Translations under genes and position numbers: made by a program | The notes under the pieces: generated by a model | Seen by the model: the letters and a program-made list of their open reading frames with translations, nothing else | Database searches by the model: none | Told to the model about the DNA's origin: nothing | DNA from: Chloroflexota bacterium | Lineage (GTDB): Bacteria > Chloroflexota > Dehalococcoidia > SM23-28-2 > RBG-16-64-32 | Length of the DNA: 64,000 nucleotides | NCBI GenBank assembly: GCA_022574655.1 | Contig: JACZRQ010000001.1 | Span: forward strand, 6,214 to 70,213 | Reading direction: 5' to 3' | In this document: piece after piece, positions 19,252 to 31,719 of the stretch | Position numbering within the stretch: position 1 is the stretch's first letter | How the letters are laid out: each line of letters opens with the position of its first letter

Positions 19252-20213
19252 GCCATCGCCCGGAGGAGTCGTACGCGTTCCTCGACGGGTGGGTGCGTGG
19301 CGAACAGTTTGTTCATGAAGCTCTCGTGCCCCTGCAGAGGCGCAGCGATGTACAGGTGCGCAGTGGCCTTGTTGGCCGCCTCAAGCGGGTCCGGGTCCTT
19401 GGCGATCTTCTCAAGCGCGTCGGCGAGAGCAGCGGGGTTCCGGCAAAGGAGAGCGCCGGAGGAGTCGGCAAGATACTCCCGGCGGCGGGAGAGCGCCATG
19501 CGCATTATGCCGGCGATGATCGGCGAGATGAGCAGAAAGACGATGGCGATTACGAGGAGGATGACGCCTATTCCGCCACCACCTTTGCCGCGGTTGCTGC
19601 GTCGCGCGCCAGCGCCGTACCAGGTAAACCGCAGCATGATGTCCGCGATGAGGGCGGCGATGCCAACTACGACCGCTACGATCGTCATCAGGCGAATGTC
19701 GAGGTTGCCGATGTGCGACATTTCGTGCGCCATTACTGCTTCCAGCTCGCGCTTCTCCAGCTTGTCCAGCAAGCCGCGAGTAACCGCGACATGGGCCCGG
19801 TCCACGTCGCGACCGGTGGCGAGGGCGTTCGGCGCGCCGTCTTCGATCACCCAGACCTTCGGCATCAGCAGCCCGGAGCCGATGCTCAGGTTCTCGACGA
19901 CGCGGTACAGTTCCGGCTCTTCTTCCTTCGTCACTTCGTGAGCTCCAGAAATCGTTAGCACCGCGGTAGGCGCCAGGAAGTACATCATGACGGCGATTGC
20001 GGAGGCGAGGATGGCCGCGGCGATCCCGACGCGAATCGAGGTCTCGAGCAGCTCGGAGTCCTGCACTCCCGCGTAGTAGGAGACGATGACGCCGATGGAA
20101 GTGAACACACCAGCGGCGAGCAGAACGAAGCCCGCCATGATGACAAGCGTGCTGCGCTTGTTGGCGTCTATGCGATCGTATATGAGGATCCGCTCGTGCG
20201 GGGCCTCAGCCAT
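19248..20213 (-). CDS. htpX: M48 family zinc metalloprotease (HtpX-like, LemA-associated)
   Basis: PNALATG, AHEMSH, SRRREYLAD, THPPVEER. Confidence 0.88.
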   Translation of the reverse strand: MAEAPHERILIYDRIDANKRSTLVIMAGFVLLAAGVFTSIGVIVSYYAGVQDSELLETSIRVGIAAAILASAIAVMMYFLAPTAVLTISGAHEVTKEEEPELYRVVENLSIGSGLLMPKVWVIEDGAPNALATGRDVDRAHVAVTRGLLDKLEKRELEAVMAHEMSHIGNLDIRLMTIVAVVVGIAALIADIMLRFTWYGAGARRSNRGKGGGGIGVILLVIAIVFLLISPIIAGIMRMALSRRREYLADSSGALLCRNPAALADALEKIAKDPDPLEAANKATAHLYIAAPLQGHESFMNKLFATHPPVEERVRLLRAMA

Positions 20214-20240
20214 CTGGCTTTGCAAAGGCTACCGGAACCC

Positions 20241-20822
20241 CTAGTCGCCGACGGCGGCTCCGGCGCTGAAGTCCACCTGCACTTCGGCGCGGCCTTCCTC
20301 GTCGGTCTCGAAGAACTCCTCCGCCTCGAAGCTGAACATGTTGGCGATGAAGACAGACGGCACGACCTGAATGCGGTTGTTGTACGAGAGTACGTTTGCG
20401 TTGAAGAACTGCCGGGCGAAGGCGATCTTCTCCTCGATGTCAGACAGTTCACGCTGGAGCTCCCGGAAGTTGTCGGCAGCCTTCAGCTCCGGGTAGTTCT
20501 CAACCACAGCGAACAGGTGCCTGAGCGCCCCGGTGAGCATGTTGTTGGCAACGGCCGCCTCCGCCGCGCCGTTCGCGTTCTCCAGTTGTGAACGGGCCTT
20601 CGTGACCTCTTCGAACGTCTCACGTTCGTGTTCGGCGTAACCGCGGACCGTCTCGACGAGGTTCGGGATCAGACTCGCCCGTCTGCGCAGCTGCACATCA
20701 ATGCCCGACCAGGCCTCCTTAACGCGGTTACGCGAGCGGATGAGGCGGTTGTACATACCGGCCAGGAAAAATACGAGGAGCGCGACGATACCCACTACCA
20801 CCGCAAGAACAATGATTTCCAT
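20241..20822 (-). CDS. lemA: LemA family protein
   Basis: [32 protein letters not shown]. Confidence 0.93.
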   Translation of the reverse strand: MEIIVLAVVVGIVALLVFFLAGMYNRLIRSRNRVKEAWSGIDVQLRRRASLIPNLVETVRGYAEHERETFEEVTKARSQLENANGAAEAAVANNMLTGALRHLFAVVENYPELKAADNFRELQRELSDIEEKIAFARQFFNANVLSYNNRIQVVPSVFIANMFSFEAEEFFETDEEGRAEVQVDFSAGAAVGD

Positions 20823-20969
20823 TCAGTCCTCCTTCGCCGCCCTATGCGTTGACGGCAGAGACCGTGTCTGCCCACCGAAAGAACGCACGAATGCGAACTC
20901 GGGTTGCTTGAGATCAACCACAGATCGTCCCTATTATCGGACGCCTGATATCATTGGCGCATTATGCCG

Positions 20970-21476
20970 ATGCGAGTGCGAGATTTCATGCCTCTGGTAC
21001 GCGACCAAGTGATAGCGCGCCTCCCGAAAGACCTCCGCGACATGAACCACCGCATTCGCTCGGTATGGCTGCAGCTCCACTATCATAGTCCGAAAGTCCA
21101 TTACGAGGTCTGGCTGGCACGGAAGAACGAGCGCATCGAGATCGGTCTGCATTTCGAGGGACCGAAGGAGTTCTCGTATCTCTGGGCGGAGCGCATCGCC
21201 CCGTATATGCCGGAGATACAGGCTCGTCTCGGGTCTGCGGTAGAACTCGAGGAGTGGACGTCGTCGTGGACGCGTCTTCACCAGACGCTTCCGTACGATC
21301 CGCTGAATGAGCCGCTGGCGGAAGAGGTCGCCGCACGGCTGGCGGACACGATAGTCACGCTTCAGCCGATCGTGGAGCGGGAGCGGAAGAACATACCGTC
21401 AGAGCTGGAGAACGCTGCTGACCCGAACGCCGGGAAGGCCAGGCGTCGGTTTGGCGGACGCCACCACCGGCGTTAG
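20970..21476 (+). CDS. conserved hypothetical protein
   Basis: Globular-looking ORF filling the gap (VHYEVW...IEIGLHFEG); start 20964 or 20970. Confidence 0.7.
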   Translation: MRVRDFMPLVRDQVIARLPKDLRDMNHRIRSVWLQLHYHSPKVHYEVWLARKNERIEIGLHFEGPKEFSYLWAERIAPYMPEIQARLGSAVELEEWTSSWTRLHQTLPYDPLNEPLAEEVAARLADTIVTLQPIVERERKNIPSELENAADPNAGKARRRFGGRHHRR

Positions 21477-21485
21477 CGGCACAGG

Positions 21486-22463
21486 CTAATCGCCGTCTTC
21501 AACCGCGGCTTTGAGGCGAGCGATCATGCCGAGAGTGCCGGCCCGGTCCTGAAGCTGGCCCAGCTTCACGGTCACATCGGCTAGCGGCGCCCTCATCGCC
21601 TTTCGCTTCATGGTCGCGACCGCCTGGTCCATGAACATCTCACCGGACTGAGAGACGCCGCCTCCGATCACGATCACACTGGGGTTGAAGATGTTGACGT
21701 AGCTGGCCAGAGCTACGCCAAGATACATTCCCACCCGGTCGGCATACTCAGCGACAGCTTCGTCACCCGCCTTCACCGCCCTGTTCATCATCTCCGCAGT
21801 TACCGCGCCTTCCGCGTCCCTCAGCTTCGTCAACTCAGGAGCCTTGCCCGCGTCGATCAACCTCTCGCCTTCCTTGGCTATCGCGGTGCCGGATATTAGC
21901 GATTCGAGGCAGCCGTTGCCTCCGCAGCCACACGGCGGACCGTCGTAGTCGATGATCATGTGGCCCAGCTCACCAGCCGCTCCTCGCGTACCGCGGTAGA
22001 GGTCGCCGTCGATGATGATGCCGCCGCCGACGCCGGTGCTGACCGTCATGTAGAGCATGTTCTTCGCGCCCTTGCCTGCGCCGAAGCGGTTTTCGCCAAG
22101 TGCGGCGGCGTTGGCATCGTTTTCGAGCCAGACCGGAACGCCCAGACGTTTAGACATTATCTCAACGATCGGCACGTCCCTCCAACCCGGCAGTTGTGGC
22201 GCTTCGGGAACTACTCCGTTGTAGGCATCGACGGCGCCTGGTGAGGCGATTCCCAAGCCCTTGATGTCCGCGGTGTTGACACCCGCGGCCACACACGCCG
22301 CTTCCAGGCAGGCGACCATTGTGTCCGTGGTTGCGGCGAGACCCTCGCTCGCTCGAGAGAGGCGAATGTCTTCGCCGTAGATTTGTCCGTCGAGATCCGC
22401 AACGATGGCGCGGACCTTGGTACCGCCGAGATCAATCGCCGCATAGCGCTCCGATCTGCTCAA
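21486..22463 (-). CDS. ROK family sugar kinase (glucokinase-like)
   Basis: IDLGGTK, ENDANAAALGE, GVGGG, GELGH, CGCGGNGCLE. Confidence 0.92.
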   Translation of the reverse strand: MSRSERYAAIDLGGTKVRAIVADLDGQIYGEDIRLSRASEGLAATTDTMVACLEAACVAAGVNTADIKGLGIASPGAVDAYNGVVPEAPQLPGWRDVPIVEIMSKRLGVPVWLENDANAAALGENRFGAGKGAKNMLYMTVSTGVGGGIIIDGDLYRGTRGAAGELGHMIIDYDGPPCGCGGNGCLESLISGTAIAKEGERLIDAGKAPELTKLRDAEGAVTAEMMNRAVKAGDEAVAEYADRVGMYLGVALASYVNIFNPSVIVIGGGVSQSGEMFMDQAVATMKRKAMRAPLADVTVKLGQLQDRAGTLGMIARLKAAVEDGD

Positions 22464-22852
22464 GCGACGGCCGTTGCGTCCATCTCGACCATGAGGCCCG
22501 GGAACGCCAACCTACTGACGCCGATCAAGGTCTGCGCAGACTTTGCTCCGGCAAGCCGCCCGGCGACGGATGGGTACGCCTGGAACGCCGCATCGATGTC
22601 AGTGACGTAGATGGTGAGCTTGACGACGTTTTCGAGCGCCATCTCTGCGCCACCCAGGACAGCTCCCAGGTTGTCCAGAGCCTTGCCCAGTTGCGCCGCC
22701 ATGTCGTTGGCGTGGACCACCGATCCGTTCTCGTCCACGGACACCTGGCCCGAGCAATACAGCACTTTCTCCGCGCCGCTCACCAGGTTCGCTTGCACGA
22801 ACCCGAACTGGTCCTGCCACTTCCAGGGATTCACGGCCTGACGTTCCATCAT
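22460..22852 (-). CDS. RidA/YjgF family protein
   Basis: SGQVS, NVVKLTIYVTD, TLIGVSRLAFPGLMVEMDA. Confidence 0.88.
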   Translation of the reverse strand: MMERQAVNPWKWQDQFGFVQANLVSGAEKVLYCSGQVSVDENGSVVHANDMAAQLGKALDNLGAVLGGAEMALENVVKLTIYVTDIDAAFQAYPSVAGRLAGAKSAQTLIGVSRLAFPGLMVEMDATAVA

Positions 22853-22926
22853 TCTCCTTTCGCCGAAGCGGAAATGAACAGTCGCCCTTCGTACGAAGGG
22901 CGACTTATCGATTGGGTTCTCGTTGC

Positions 22927-23370
22927 TTAGACTTCTTGCGGCCAGATGGTGTGGCAGTTCTCGCCCGTTATCGCGTTTACGACCGCAACTCTCTCCAGGC
23001 CGGACAGGCGCGCCATCGCGGTGTCCATGACCTTGGCCGACTCCCCGTGCTCCACGGCACCGACTCGCTCACGTATCCGATCGGCGATCCCGGACTCCTG
23101 GAAGAAGTTGATCGAGTGAGGCCAGACGAAGAACGTGAAACGCTCCGGCGCGCTGAAGGCGGGCCTGCGCTTGCCGAGCCAGAAGAAGCGCTCTTCAACC
23201 GTTGCTACGGGCCCCACTACCTCAGCCATCGCAATCTCAGATTCGGTTGAGCGCGTATCGACGATGAACCGCTCCGGGAAGAGCCGGAATCCGACGGTGA
23301 ACACATCACAATCGTCGACGACTCTGCGTAGTTCCTCGAGGTCGATCAAGACACCGTTTTCAGTAAACAT
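22927..23370 (-). CDS. conserved hypothetical protein
   Basis: 147-aa ORF with RBS, same strand as its neighbours; no family recognised. Confidence 0.7.
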   Translation of the reverse strand: MFTENGVLIDLEELRRVVDDCDVFTVGFRLFPERFIVDTRSTESEIAMAEVVGPVATVEERFFWLGKRRPAFSAPERFTFFVWPHSINFFQESGIADRIRERVGAVEHGESAKVMDTAMARLSGLERVAVVNAITGENCHTIWPQEV

Positions 23371-23455
23371 AGCTCAACCCCTTACGTTCTGTGCGGTACG
23401 ACCGGCTATTCGATTATACGACGTGGGACGCCAAGGCGTCGCTTCGCGCACGGCT

Positions 23456-25084
<1,629 letters not shown>

Positions 25085-25128
25085 TTACATACTCCTCCGG
25101 AATAGTTTTTGTGGACTGTGAGAGAGCG

Positions 25129-25155
25129 TTAGCACTCGAAAGGGCGGAGTGCTAA
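25129..25155. promoter_or_regulatory. CIRCE element (HrcA operator)
   Basis: Exact consensus TTAGCACTC-N9-GAGTGCTAA, about 45 nt upstream of groEL. Confidence 0.95.
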
Positions 25156-25262
25156 CAGTATTTTTAGCGCATCTGATCCCTGTACGCAAGCCCTCGGGAG
25201 CTCGACTCCAAAGATTGTCCCCACAGGTACCCCGATTAAGCAGCAAAATTGTTCGTTAATCG

Positions 25263-25291
25263 TTGACAACCGTCAGTTTCGATGCTAGAAT
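25263..25291 (+). promoter_or_regulatory. sigma70-type promoter of gltBD
   Basis: TTGACA-N17-TAGAAT. Confidence 0.8.
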
Positions 25292-25554
25292 TCACGCACT
25301 ATTGAAGTCGTCTATAGCGACGGCTCTTCCTTACCCGCGAGACCTATTATGGACAGCCTTCAATTGTTTGGATATACTGCTCTCACATTTTCGCGGGACC
25401 GTGCGGCCGCAATCATGAGACGACGATACATTGCGAATTCAGCCGTTCGAAGCCCCCGTCTAGAACACGGAGGGTTCCTTCACCGCGCACGCCTAATCGC
25501 CGAAAACACGTTAAGCTGAATTCATCGGCTTTACGATAGGCTACGAGGGTCACC

Positions 25555-28500
25555 ATGCAAGAGCCGCACACTCCCACTGCACAAGGTCTATACGATCCCA
25601 GCTTCGAGCACGATAGCTGCGGGGTCGGCTTCATCGTCCATCTCAAGGGCGGGCCGTCCCACAAGATCGTCCGAGATGGTATTGCCGCCCTCGAAAACCT
25701 CTATCATCGCGGCGCCTGCGGTTGTGAGCCCAACACCGGAGATGGCGCAGGCGTTCTTATCCAGATCCCACACGAGTTCCTGACCGAGGAGTGCTCAAAG
25801 CTCGGTATAGCGCTGCCGGACGTTGGCGAGTATGGGGTCGGCACACTGTTTCTTCCGAAGGATGAAGCGGTCCGCGATGAGGTGTTCGGTATCTTCAACA
25901 GGATCGTTGAAGAAGAGGGACAGCTCGCCCTGGGCTGGCGTCGTGTCCCAACGAACAACGAAGACCTCGGCGACTCGGCGCTGGCGTCGGAGCCCTGGAT
26001 GTACCAGGCTCTCGTTGGCCGCGGGTCGGACGATGTGGACGAGGCGGAGCTGGAACGCAGGCTATACGTAATTCGCAAGCGGTTCGAGCACGCCGTCAAG
26101 CGTACCGACATTCCCGCGTCCGATTCGGTGTACTTTGCCAGCCTCTCCTGCCAGCGGCTCGTTTACAAGGGGATGCTCACGGCGCTACAGGTCAACGGAT
26201 ACTTCCCGGACCTCTCGAACCCACTGACGAAGAGCCAGCTCTGCATGTTCCACTCTCGCTTCAGCACTAATACTTTCCCGAGCTGGCGTCTCGCCCATCC
26301 CTACCGGATGATCTCACACAACGGCGAGATCAACACGCTGCGCGGTAACAATAGCTGGATGCGAGCGCGTGAGGCGCTGATCGAGTCGCCTTTGTTCGAC
26401 GACATCAGCAAGACGTTCCCGATAATCGACGAGACCGGAAGCGACACAGCCTGCTTCGACAACGCGCTAGAGCTGCTCACCCTGGCGGGCCGGCCAATCC
26501 ACGAGGCCGTGATGATGATGATCCCGGAGCCGTGGGACGGCCACGAATCGATGAGCCAGGAGAAGAAGGATCTGTACGAGTTCCAGAGCTGCCTCATGGA
26601 GCCGTGGGACGGCCCGGCCTCGATCGCCTTCACCGATGGCAAGCGAATCGGTGCTGTGCTCGACCGTAACGGTCTCCGTCCATCTCGCTATTACGTGACG
26701 AAGGACGGCTACGTGATCATGGCGTCGGAAGTTGGCGTGCTCCCGGTGGAACCCGAGAACATCCTCTATAAGGGTCGCCTGCAACCGGGCCGCATGTTCC
26801 TGATCGACCTCGAAGAGGGCCGCATCGTGGACGATGCGGAGCTAAAGAGCACGATGTCGACGCTGCACCCTTACGGGGAGTGGCTAGAAGAGCACCTGCG
26901 CACGTTCGACAGCCTGCCGAGCGCGGAGCCCGCTGACCGCATCTCCGGAGACGAACTCCTCGAGCAGCAGATGGCGTTCGGCTACACGGTGGAGGACCTC
27001 AAGTACATAGTCGGCCCGATGACTGCGACGGCGCAGGAGGCGCTCGGTTCGATGGGCACCGACACGCCGCTGGCAGTGCTGTCTGACAAGCCTCAACCGC
27101 TTCATTATTACTTCAAGCAACTCTTCGCCCAGGTGACGAATCCACCACTGGACGCTATTCGCGAGGAGATCGTCACCTCAGTCCGCACGCTAATCGGGCC
27201 CGAGGGCAACCTCCTGGACCCGCAGCCCGAGAGCTGTGCCATGATGAGTCTCAATTCGCCGTTCATCAGCAATGAAGAGCTCGCGAAGTTCAAGGCGCTG
27301 GACGACGACGCACTGCGGACGAAAGTGCTGTCGATGCTCTTCGATCCGAATAACGGTTCCCGCTCGCTCGAGACCGCTTTGGACGACCTGTACCAGCAGG
27401 CGGACGAAGCGATCGAAGAGGGAGCAACGATCCTCATCCTCTCCGATCGAGGCGTAGACGAGAATCAGGCGCCGATGCCGTCGCTGCTGGCGGTCGCCGG
27501 GTTGCACAACCACTTGGTCCGTAACCGGACGCGAACTCAGACCGGACTCATCGTCGAAGCCGGGGATGCTCGTGAGGCGCACCACTTCTCTCTGCTCATC
27601 GGCTACGGCGCGGGCGCGATCAACCCGTACCTGGCCATCGACTCGCTCAAGCAGATGATCGACGACGGCATCATCGATGTCGAGTTGGACTACGAGGAGG
27701 CGGTGGCGCGCTACTTGAAGGCGATCAAGAAAGGCGTCGTCAAGGTGATGTCCAAGATGGGCATCTCCACGATCCAGAGCTATCGCGCCGCGCAGATTTT
27801 CGAGGCGATCGGTCTCAACCAGGAGTTCATCGACAAGTACTTCACGTTCACAACTTCACGGATCGGCGGCATCGGTGCGGAAGAGATTGCGCTTGACACG
27901 GCGCATCACCATCGCCGGGCCTATCCAGACCGCGATGGGGGACTCAAGGAGCTAGTCTGGGGCGGTCAGTACCAGTGGCGCCGAGACGGCGAGTATCATC
28001 TGTTCAATCCCGAGACCGTGTTCCGGCTGCAGCACTCTACCCAGACGGGCCGATACGACATCTTCCGCGAATACACGAAGATGGTCGACGACCAGAGCGA
28101 GCGTATGTGTACGCTACGAAGCTTGTTCGAGATCAAGTCTGACCGTGAACCGATTCCGATAGAAGAAGTAGAGCCCGTTGAGGATATGTTCCGGAGGTTC
28201 GCCACCGGTGCCATGTCGTTCGGTTCGATCGGCGCGGAGGCGCACGAAACGCTGGCGATTGCGATGAATCGCATCGGCGGCAAGAGCAATACCGGGGAGG
28301 GCGGCGAGGATCGCCGCCGCTACACACCGGACCCGAACGGCGACCTGCGCCGCAGCGCTATCAAGCAGGTGGCGTCAGGCCGCTTCGGCGTGACGAGCGA
28401 GTACCTCGTAAACGCCGACGAGCTGCAGATTAAGATCGCTCAGGGCGCCAAGCCTGGAGAGGGCGGGCAGCTTCCCGGACACAAGGTCTACCCGTGGATC

Positions 28501-30108
28501 GCCGATGTGCGCTACTCGACGCCCGGCGTCGGTCTCATCAGCCCACCGCCTCACCACGACATCTACTCGATCGAGGACCTGGCGCAGCTCATCCATGACC
28601 TGAAGAACTCGAACCCACGTGCCCGGATCAACGTGAAGCTCGTCGCGGAAGTCGGCGTCGGCACCGTGGCGGCGGGAGTAGCGAAGGCCAAGTCCGACGT
28701 GGTGCTAATCAGCGGCCACGACGGCGGCACGGGCGCGAGCCCGCTGACGTCGATCAAGCACGCCGGCATCCCCTGGGAGCTGGGCCTCGCGGAGACCCAG
28801 CAGACGCTGGTCCTGCAGAAGTTGCGCGACCGCATCGTCGTGCAGACGGACGGGCAGCTGAAAACCGGGCGTGACGTGCTGATCGCGGCTCTTCTCGGCG
28901 CAGAGGAGTACGGCTTCGCGACGGCGCCCCTCGTCGTTATGGGCTGCATCATGATGCGCGTCTGTCATCTCGACACGTGCCCGGTGGGCATCGCGACGCA
29001 GAACCCGAAACTGCGCGAGAAGTTCGAAGGAAAAGCCGAGCACGTCATCAACTTCTTCAAGTTCGTCGCGGAGGAGATCCGCGAGTACCTTGCGGAGATA
29101 GGATACCGCTCGATCGACGAGATCATCGGTCGTAGCGACCTGCTAGACATGCAACGTGCCATCGTGCACTGGAAAGCAAAGGGGCTCGATCTCTCCGCGA
29201 TCCTGTATCGGCCTGACGTGGGACCGGAAGTCGCCACTCGCTGCATCACGACGCAAGACCACGGCCTCGAGAAAGCGCTCGACCAGGAGCTACTGAAGCT
29301 AGCGGCCCCGGCCCTCGAAAAAGGCGAAAAGGTGACGATTGAGATGCCGATCCGCAACATCAACCGTACGGTGGGTACGATCCTCGGTAGCGAATTGACT
29401 CGGAAGTACGGCTTCGACGGACTGCCGGACGATACGATTACGATTAGGTTCACAGGCTCTGCCGGCCAGAGCTTCGGCGCGTTTGTGCCACGAGGCATGA
29501 CGCTCTGGCTGGAGGGCGATGCCAACGACTACTTTGGGAAGGGGCTCTCCGGCGGCAGGATCATCGTGTACCCGCCGAAGAGTTCGACGTTCGTACCGGA
29601 AGAGAACATCCTCATCGGCAACGTCGCGCTTTACGGCGCGACAGCGGGCAGCATGTTCGTCCATGGTGTTGCCGGCGAGCGGTTCTGCGTCAGAAACAGC
29701 GGAGCGATCGCTGTCGTCGAGGGGATAGGCGACCACGGCTGCGAGTACATGACCGGCGGCCGCGTGGTGGTTATCGGACCCACGGGACGCAACTTCGCTG
29801 CCGGGATGAGCGGCGGAATCGCTTACGTTTACGACGAAGACGGTGACTTCGTCATTCGCTGCAACCAGGAGATGGTCGATCTCGAAAAGCTCGACGAGGA
29901 AGACATGGAGCTCGTTCGCGGGCTCATGGAGCGGCACGCCGAATACACGGGCAGCGAGGTTGCGAAGAAACTACTCGCTCAGTGGCCGAAGGTGGCCGAG
30001 AAGTTCGTGAAGATCATGCCACGAGACTTCAAGCGAGTGCTCCAAGAACAGGCTGAGGCCGCGAGCAAGGAAAGCGGAGAAGAGAAGGTTGGCGTGGCCG
30101 GTGGGTAA
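25555..30108 (+). CDS. gltB: glutamate synthase large subunit
   Basis: [54 protein letters not shown]-terminal domain. Confidence 0.98.
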   Translation: MQEPHTPTAQGLYDPSFEHDSCGVGFIVHLKGGPSHKIVRDGIAALENLYHRGACGCEPNTGDGAGVLIQIPHEFLTEECSKLGIALPDVGEYGVGTLFLPKDEAVRDEVFGIFNRIVEEEGQLALGWRRVPTNNEDLGDSALASEPWMYQALVGRGSDDVDEAELERRLYVIRKRFEHAVKRTDIPASDSVYFASLSCQRLVYKGMLTALQVNGYFPDLSNPLTKSQLCMFHSRFSTNTFPSWRLAHPYRMISHNGEINTLRGNNSWMRAREALIESPLFDDISKTFPIIDETGSDTACFDNALELLTLAGRPIHEAVMMMIPEPWDGHESMSQEKKDLYEFQSCLMEPWDGPASIAFTDGKRIGAVLDRNGLRPSRYYVTKDGYVIMASEVGVLPVEPENILYKGRLQPGRMFLIDLEEGRIVDDAELKSTMSTLHPYGEWLEEHLRTFDSLPSAEPADRISGDELLEQQMAFGYTVEDLKYIVGPMTATAQEALGSMGTDTPLAVLSDKPQPLHYYFKQLFAQVTNPPLDAIREEIVTSVRTLIGPEGNLLDPQPESCAMMSLNSPFISNEELAKFKALDDDALRTKVLSMLFDPNNGSRSLETALDDLYQQADEAIEEGATILILSDRGVDENQAPMPSLLAVAGLHNHLVRNRTRTQTGLIVEAGDAREAHHFSLLIGYGAGAINPYLAIDSLKQMIDDGIIDVELDYEEAVARYLKAIKKGVVKVMSKMGISTIQSYRAAQIFEAIGLNQEFIDKYFTFTTSRIGGIGAEEIALDTAHHHRRAYPDRDGGLKELVWGGQYQWRRDGEYHLFNPETVFRLQHSTQTGRYDIFREYTKMVDDQSERMCTLRSLFEIKSDREPIPIEEVEPVEDMFRRFATGAMSFGSIGAEAHETLAIAMNRIGGKSNTGEGGEDRRRYTPDPNGDLRRSAIKQVASGRFGVTSEYLVNADELQIKIAQGAKPGEGGQLPGHKVYPWIADVRYSTPGVGLISPPPHHDIYSIEDLAQLIHDLKNSNPRARINVKLVAEVGVGTVAAGVAKAKSDVVLISGHDGGTGASPLTSIKHAGIPWELGLAETQQTLVLQKLRDRIVVQTDGQLKTGRDVLIAALLGAEEYGFATAPLVVMGCIMMRVCHLDTCPVGIATQNPKLREKFEGKAEHVINFFKFVAEEIREYLAEIGYRSIDEIIGRSDLLDMQRAIVHWKAKGLDLSAILYRPDVGPEVATRCITTQDHGLEKALDQELLKLAAPALEKGEKVTIEMPIRNINRTVGTILGSELTRKYGFDGLPDDTITIRFTGSAGQSFGAFVPRGMTLWLEGDANDYFGKGLSGGRIIVYPPKSSTFVPEENILIGNVALYGATAGSMFVHGVAGERFCVRNSGAIAVVEGIGDHGCEYMTGGRVVVIGPTGRNFAAGMSGGIAYVYDEDGDFVIRCNQEMVDLEKLDEEDMELVRGLMERHAEYTGSEVAKKLLAQWPKVAEKFVKIMPRDFKRVLQEQAEAASKESGEEKVGVAGG

Positions 30109-31537
30109 GATCACTGGCTTCATGGAGTTCAAGCGGAGCCTGCCCTCCCGCCGGCCAATCGAAGAACGAGTCCACGACTGGCTCGAGGTTTACGAGGAGT
30201 TTCCGAAGGACCATCTCAAGAACCAGGCCGCGCGTTGCATGGACTGCGGCATCCCGTTCTGTCATGAGGGCTGCCCCCTGGGCAACATCATTCCGGACTG
30301 GAACGACCTTGTCTATAAGGACCAGTGGCAGGAAGCGATCGAGCGCCTCCACGCTACGAACAACTTCCCGGAGTTCACCGGGCGCCTCTGCCCCGCACCG
30401 TGCGAGGCGTCCTGTGTTCTTGGCATCAACGACGACCCAGTTGCGATCAAGCAAGTCGAGCTGGAGATCATCGAGTACGCTTGGGCGCACGGGTGGGTGA
30501 AACCTGAACCGCCGGAGCGTAAGACCGGTTTGAGCGTCGCCGTCGTCGGCTCCGGTCCCGCGGGTCTCGCCTGCGCGCAGCAGCTGGCCCGCGCCGGCCA
30601 TTCGGTCACCATCTTCGAGCGAGACGACCGGATCGGCGGTCTGCTCCGCTACGGGATACCCAGCTTCAAGATGGAGAAGCGCTTCATCGAGCGGCGGCTC
30701 GACCAGATGGAAGCAGAAGGCGTGATCTTCAGGCCAGAAGTCGACATCGGCAAGGACAAGGACGCCCGCTCCCTTCTCAACGAGTTCGACGCGACGTGTC
30801 TGACAGGAGGCGCAACTCAATCTCGCGACCTCGACGTACCCGGCCGCGAACTCAAGGGCGTATACGTTGCGATGGACTACTTGCCGCTCCAAAACAAGCG
30901 CAACGCCGGCGACGAGATCCTGGATGATCAGTTCATAAGCGCCGAGGGGAAGAAGGTCATCATCCTGGGCGGCGGCGACACTGGCGCCGACTGTCTGGGC
31001 ACCGTGCACAGACAAGGCGCCGAGTCGGTGATCCAGATGGAGATACTGACCCGCCCTCCCGACGATAGGGCTGACGATAATCCCTGGCCGACGTGGCCGA
31101 ACATCTACCGTGTCTCGGCGGCGCACGAAGAGGGGGGCGAGCGCGAGTACCAGATCTCGACGAAGAAGCTCACGGGTGAGAACGGGGTTCTCAAGAAGCT
31201 GCACGGCTGCAAGGTGGAGTTCGTCTCCGAGAACGGGAAGATGAACATGAAGGAGATCCCGGATACGGAGTTCGAGGAGGAGGTTGATCTCCTTCTGCTG
31301 GCGATGGGGTTCCTGGGTCCCGAGAACTACATGCTGGAACAGCTAGGCGTCGAGCTGACTGAACGCGGAAACGTTAAGGCCGACGCCGACAAGATGACGA
31401 GCATCCGTGGCGTGTTCGCCGCGGGCGACATGACCCGCGGCCAATCGCTCATTGTATGGGCGATCGCCGAGGGGCGCGACGCTGCACGGGGGATCGACAA
31501 GTTCCTCACCGGCGACACGATGCTGCCGGTCAACTAG
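30101..31537 (+). CDS. gltD: glutamate synthase small subunit
   Basis: GTG start, [42 protein letters not shown]; overlaps the gltB stop. Confidence 0.96.
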   Translation: MGKITGFMEFKRSLPSRRPIEERVHDWLEVYEEFPKDHLKNQAARCMDCGIPFCHEGCPLGNIIPDWNDLVYKDQWQEAIERLHATNNFPEFTGRLCPAPCEASCVLGINDDPVAIKQVELEIIEYAWAHGWVKPEPPERKTGLSVAVVGSGPAGLACAQQLARAGHSVTIFERDDRIGGLLRYGIPSFKMEKRFIERRLDQMEAEGVIFRPEVDIGKDKDARSLLNEFDATCLTGGATQSRDLDVPGRELKGVYVAMDYLPLQNKRNAGDEILDDQFISAEGKKVIILGGGDTGADCLGTVHRQGAESVIQMEILTRPPDDRADDNPWPTWPNIYRVSAAHEEGGEREYQISTKKLTGENGVLKKLHGCKVEFVSENGKMNMKEIPDTEFEEEVDLLLLAMGFLGPENYMLEQLGVELTERGNVKADADKMTSIRGVFAAGDMTRGQSLIVWAIAEGRDAARGIDKFLTGDTMLPVN

Positions 31538-31550
31538 AGAGTGGGCGAGG

Positions 31551-31572
31551 GCCGCCGACTGAAGTCAGCGGC
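31551..31572. repeat. REP-like palindrome
   Basis: GCCGCCGAC-TGAA-GTCAGCGGC (one mismatch); loop style matches GGCGGGC-TAAA-GCCCGCC at 56959-56976. Confidence 0.45.
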
Positions 31573-31719
31573 TGAGGACATCGAGTTGCAGGATCGGCGG
31601 AGTGCGGCCTCGCGCTTGACCCTCGAACGGCCACGTCTGACAATCTGCCGTGTGCCGGAGCTGCCCATGCGAACGAACTGAAACCACGGTGATAACCCTC
31701 GTATCTTCGGAGGCACTGC

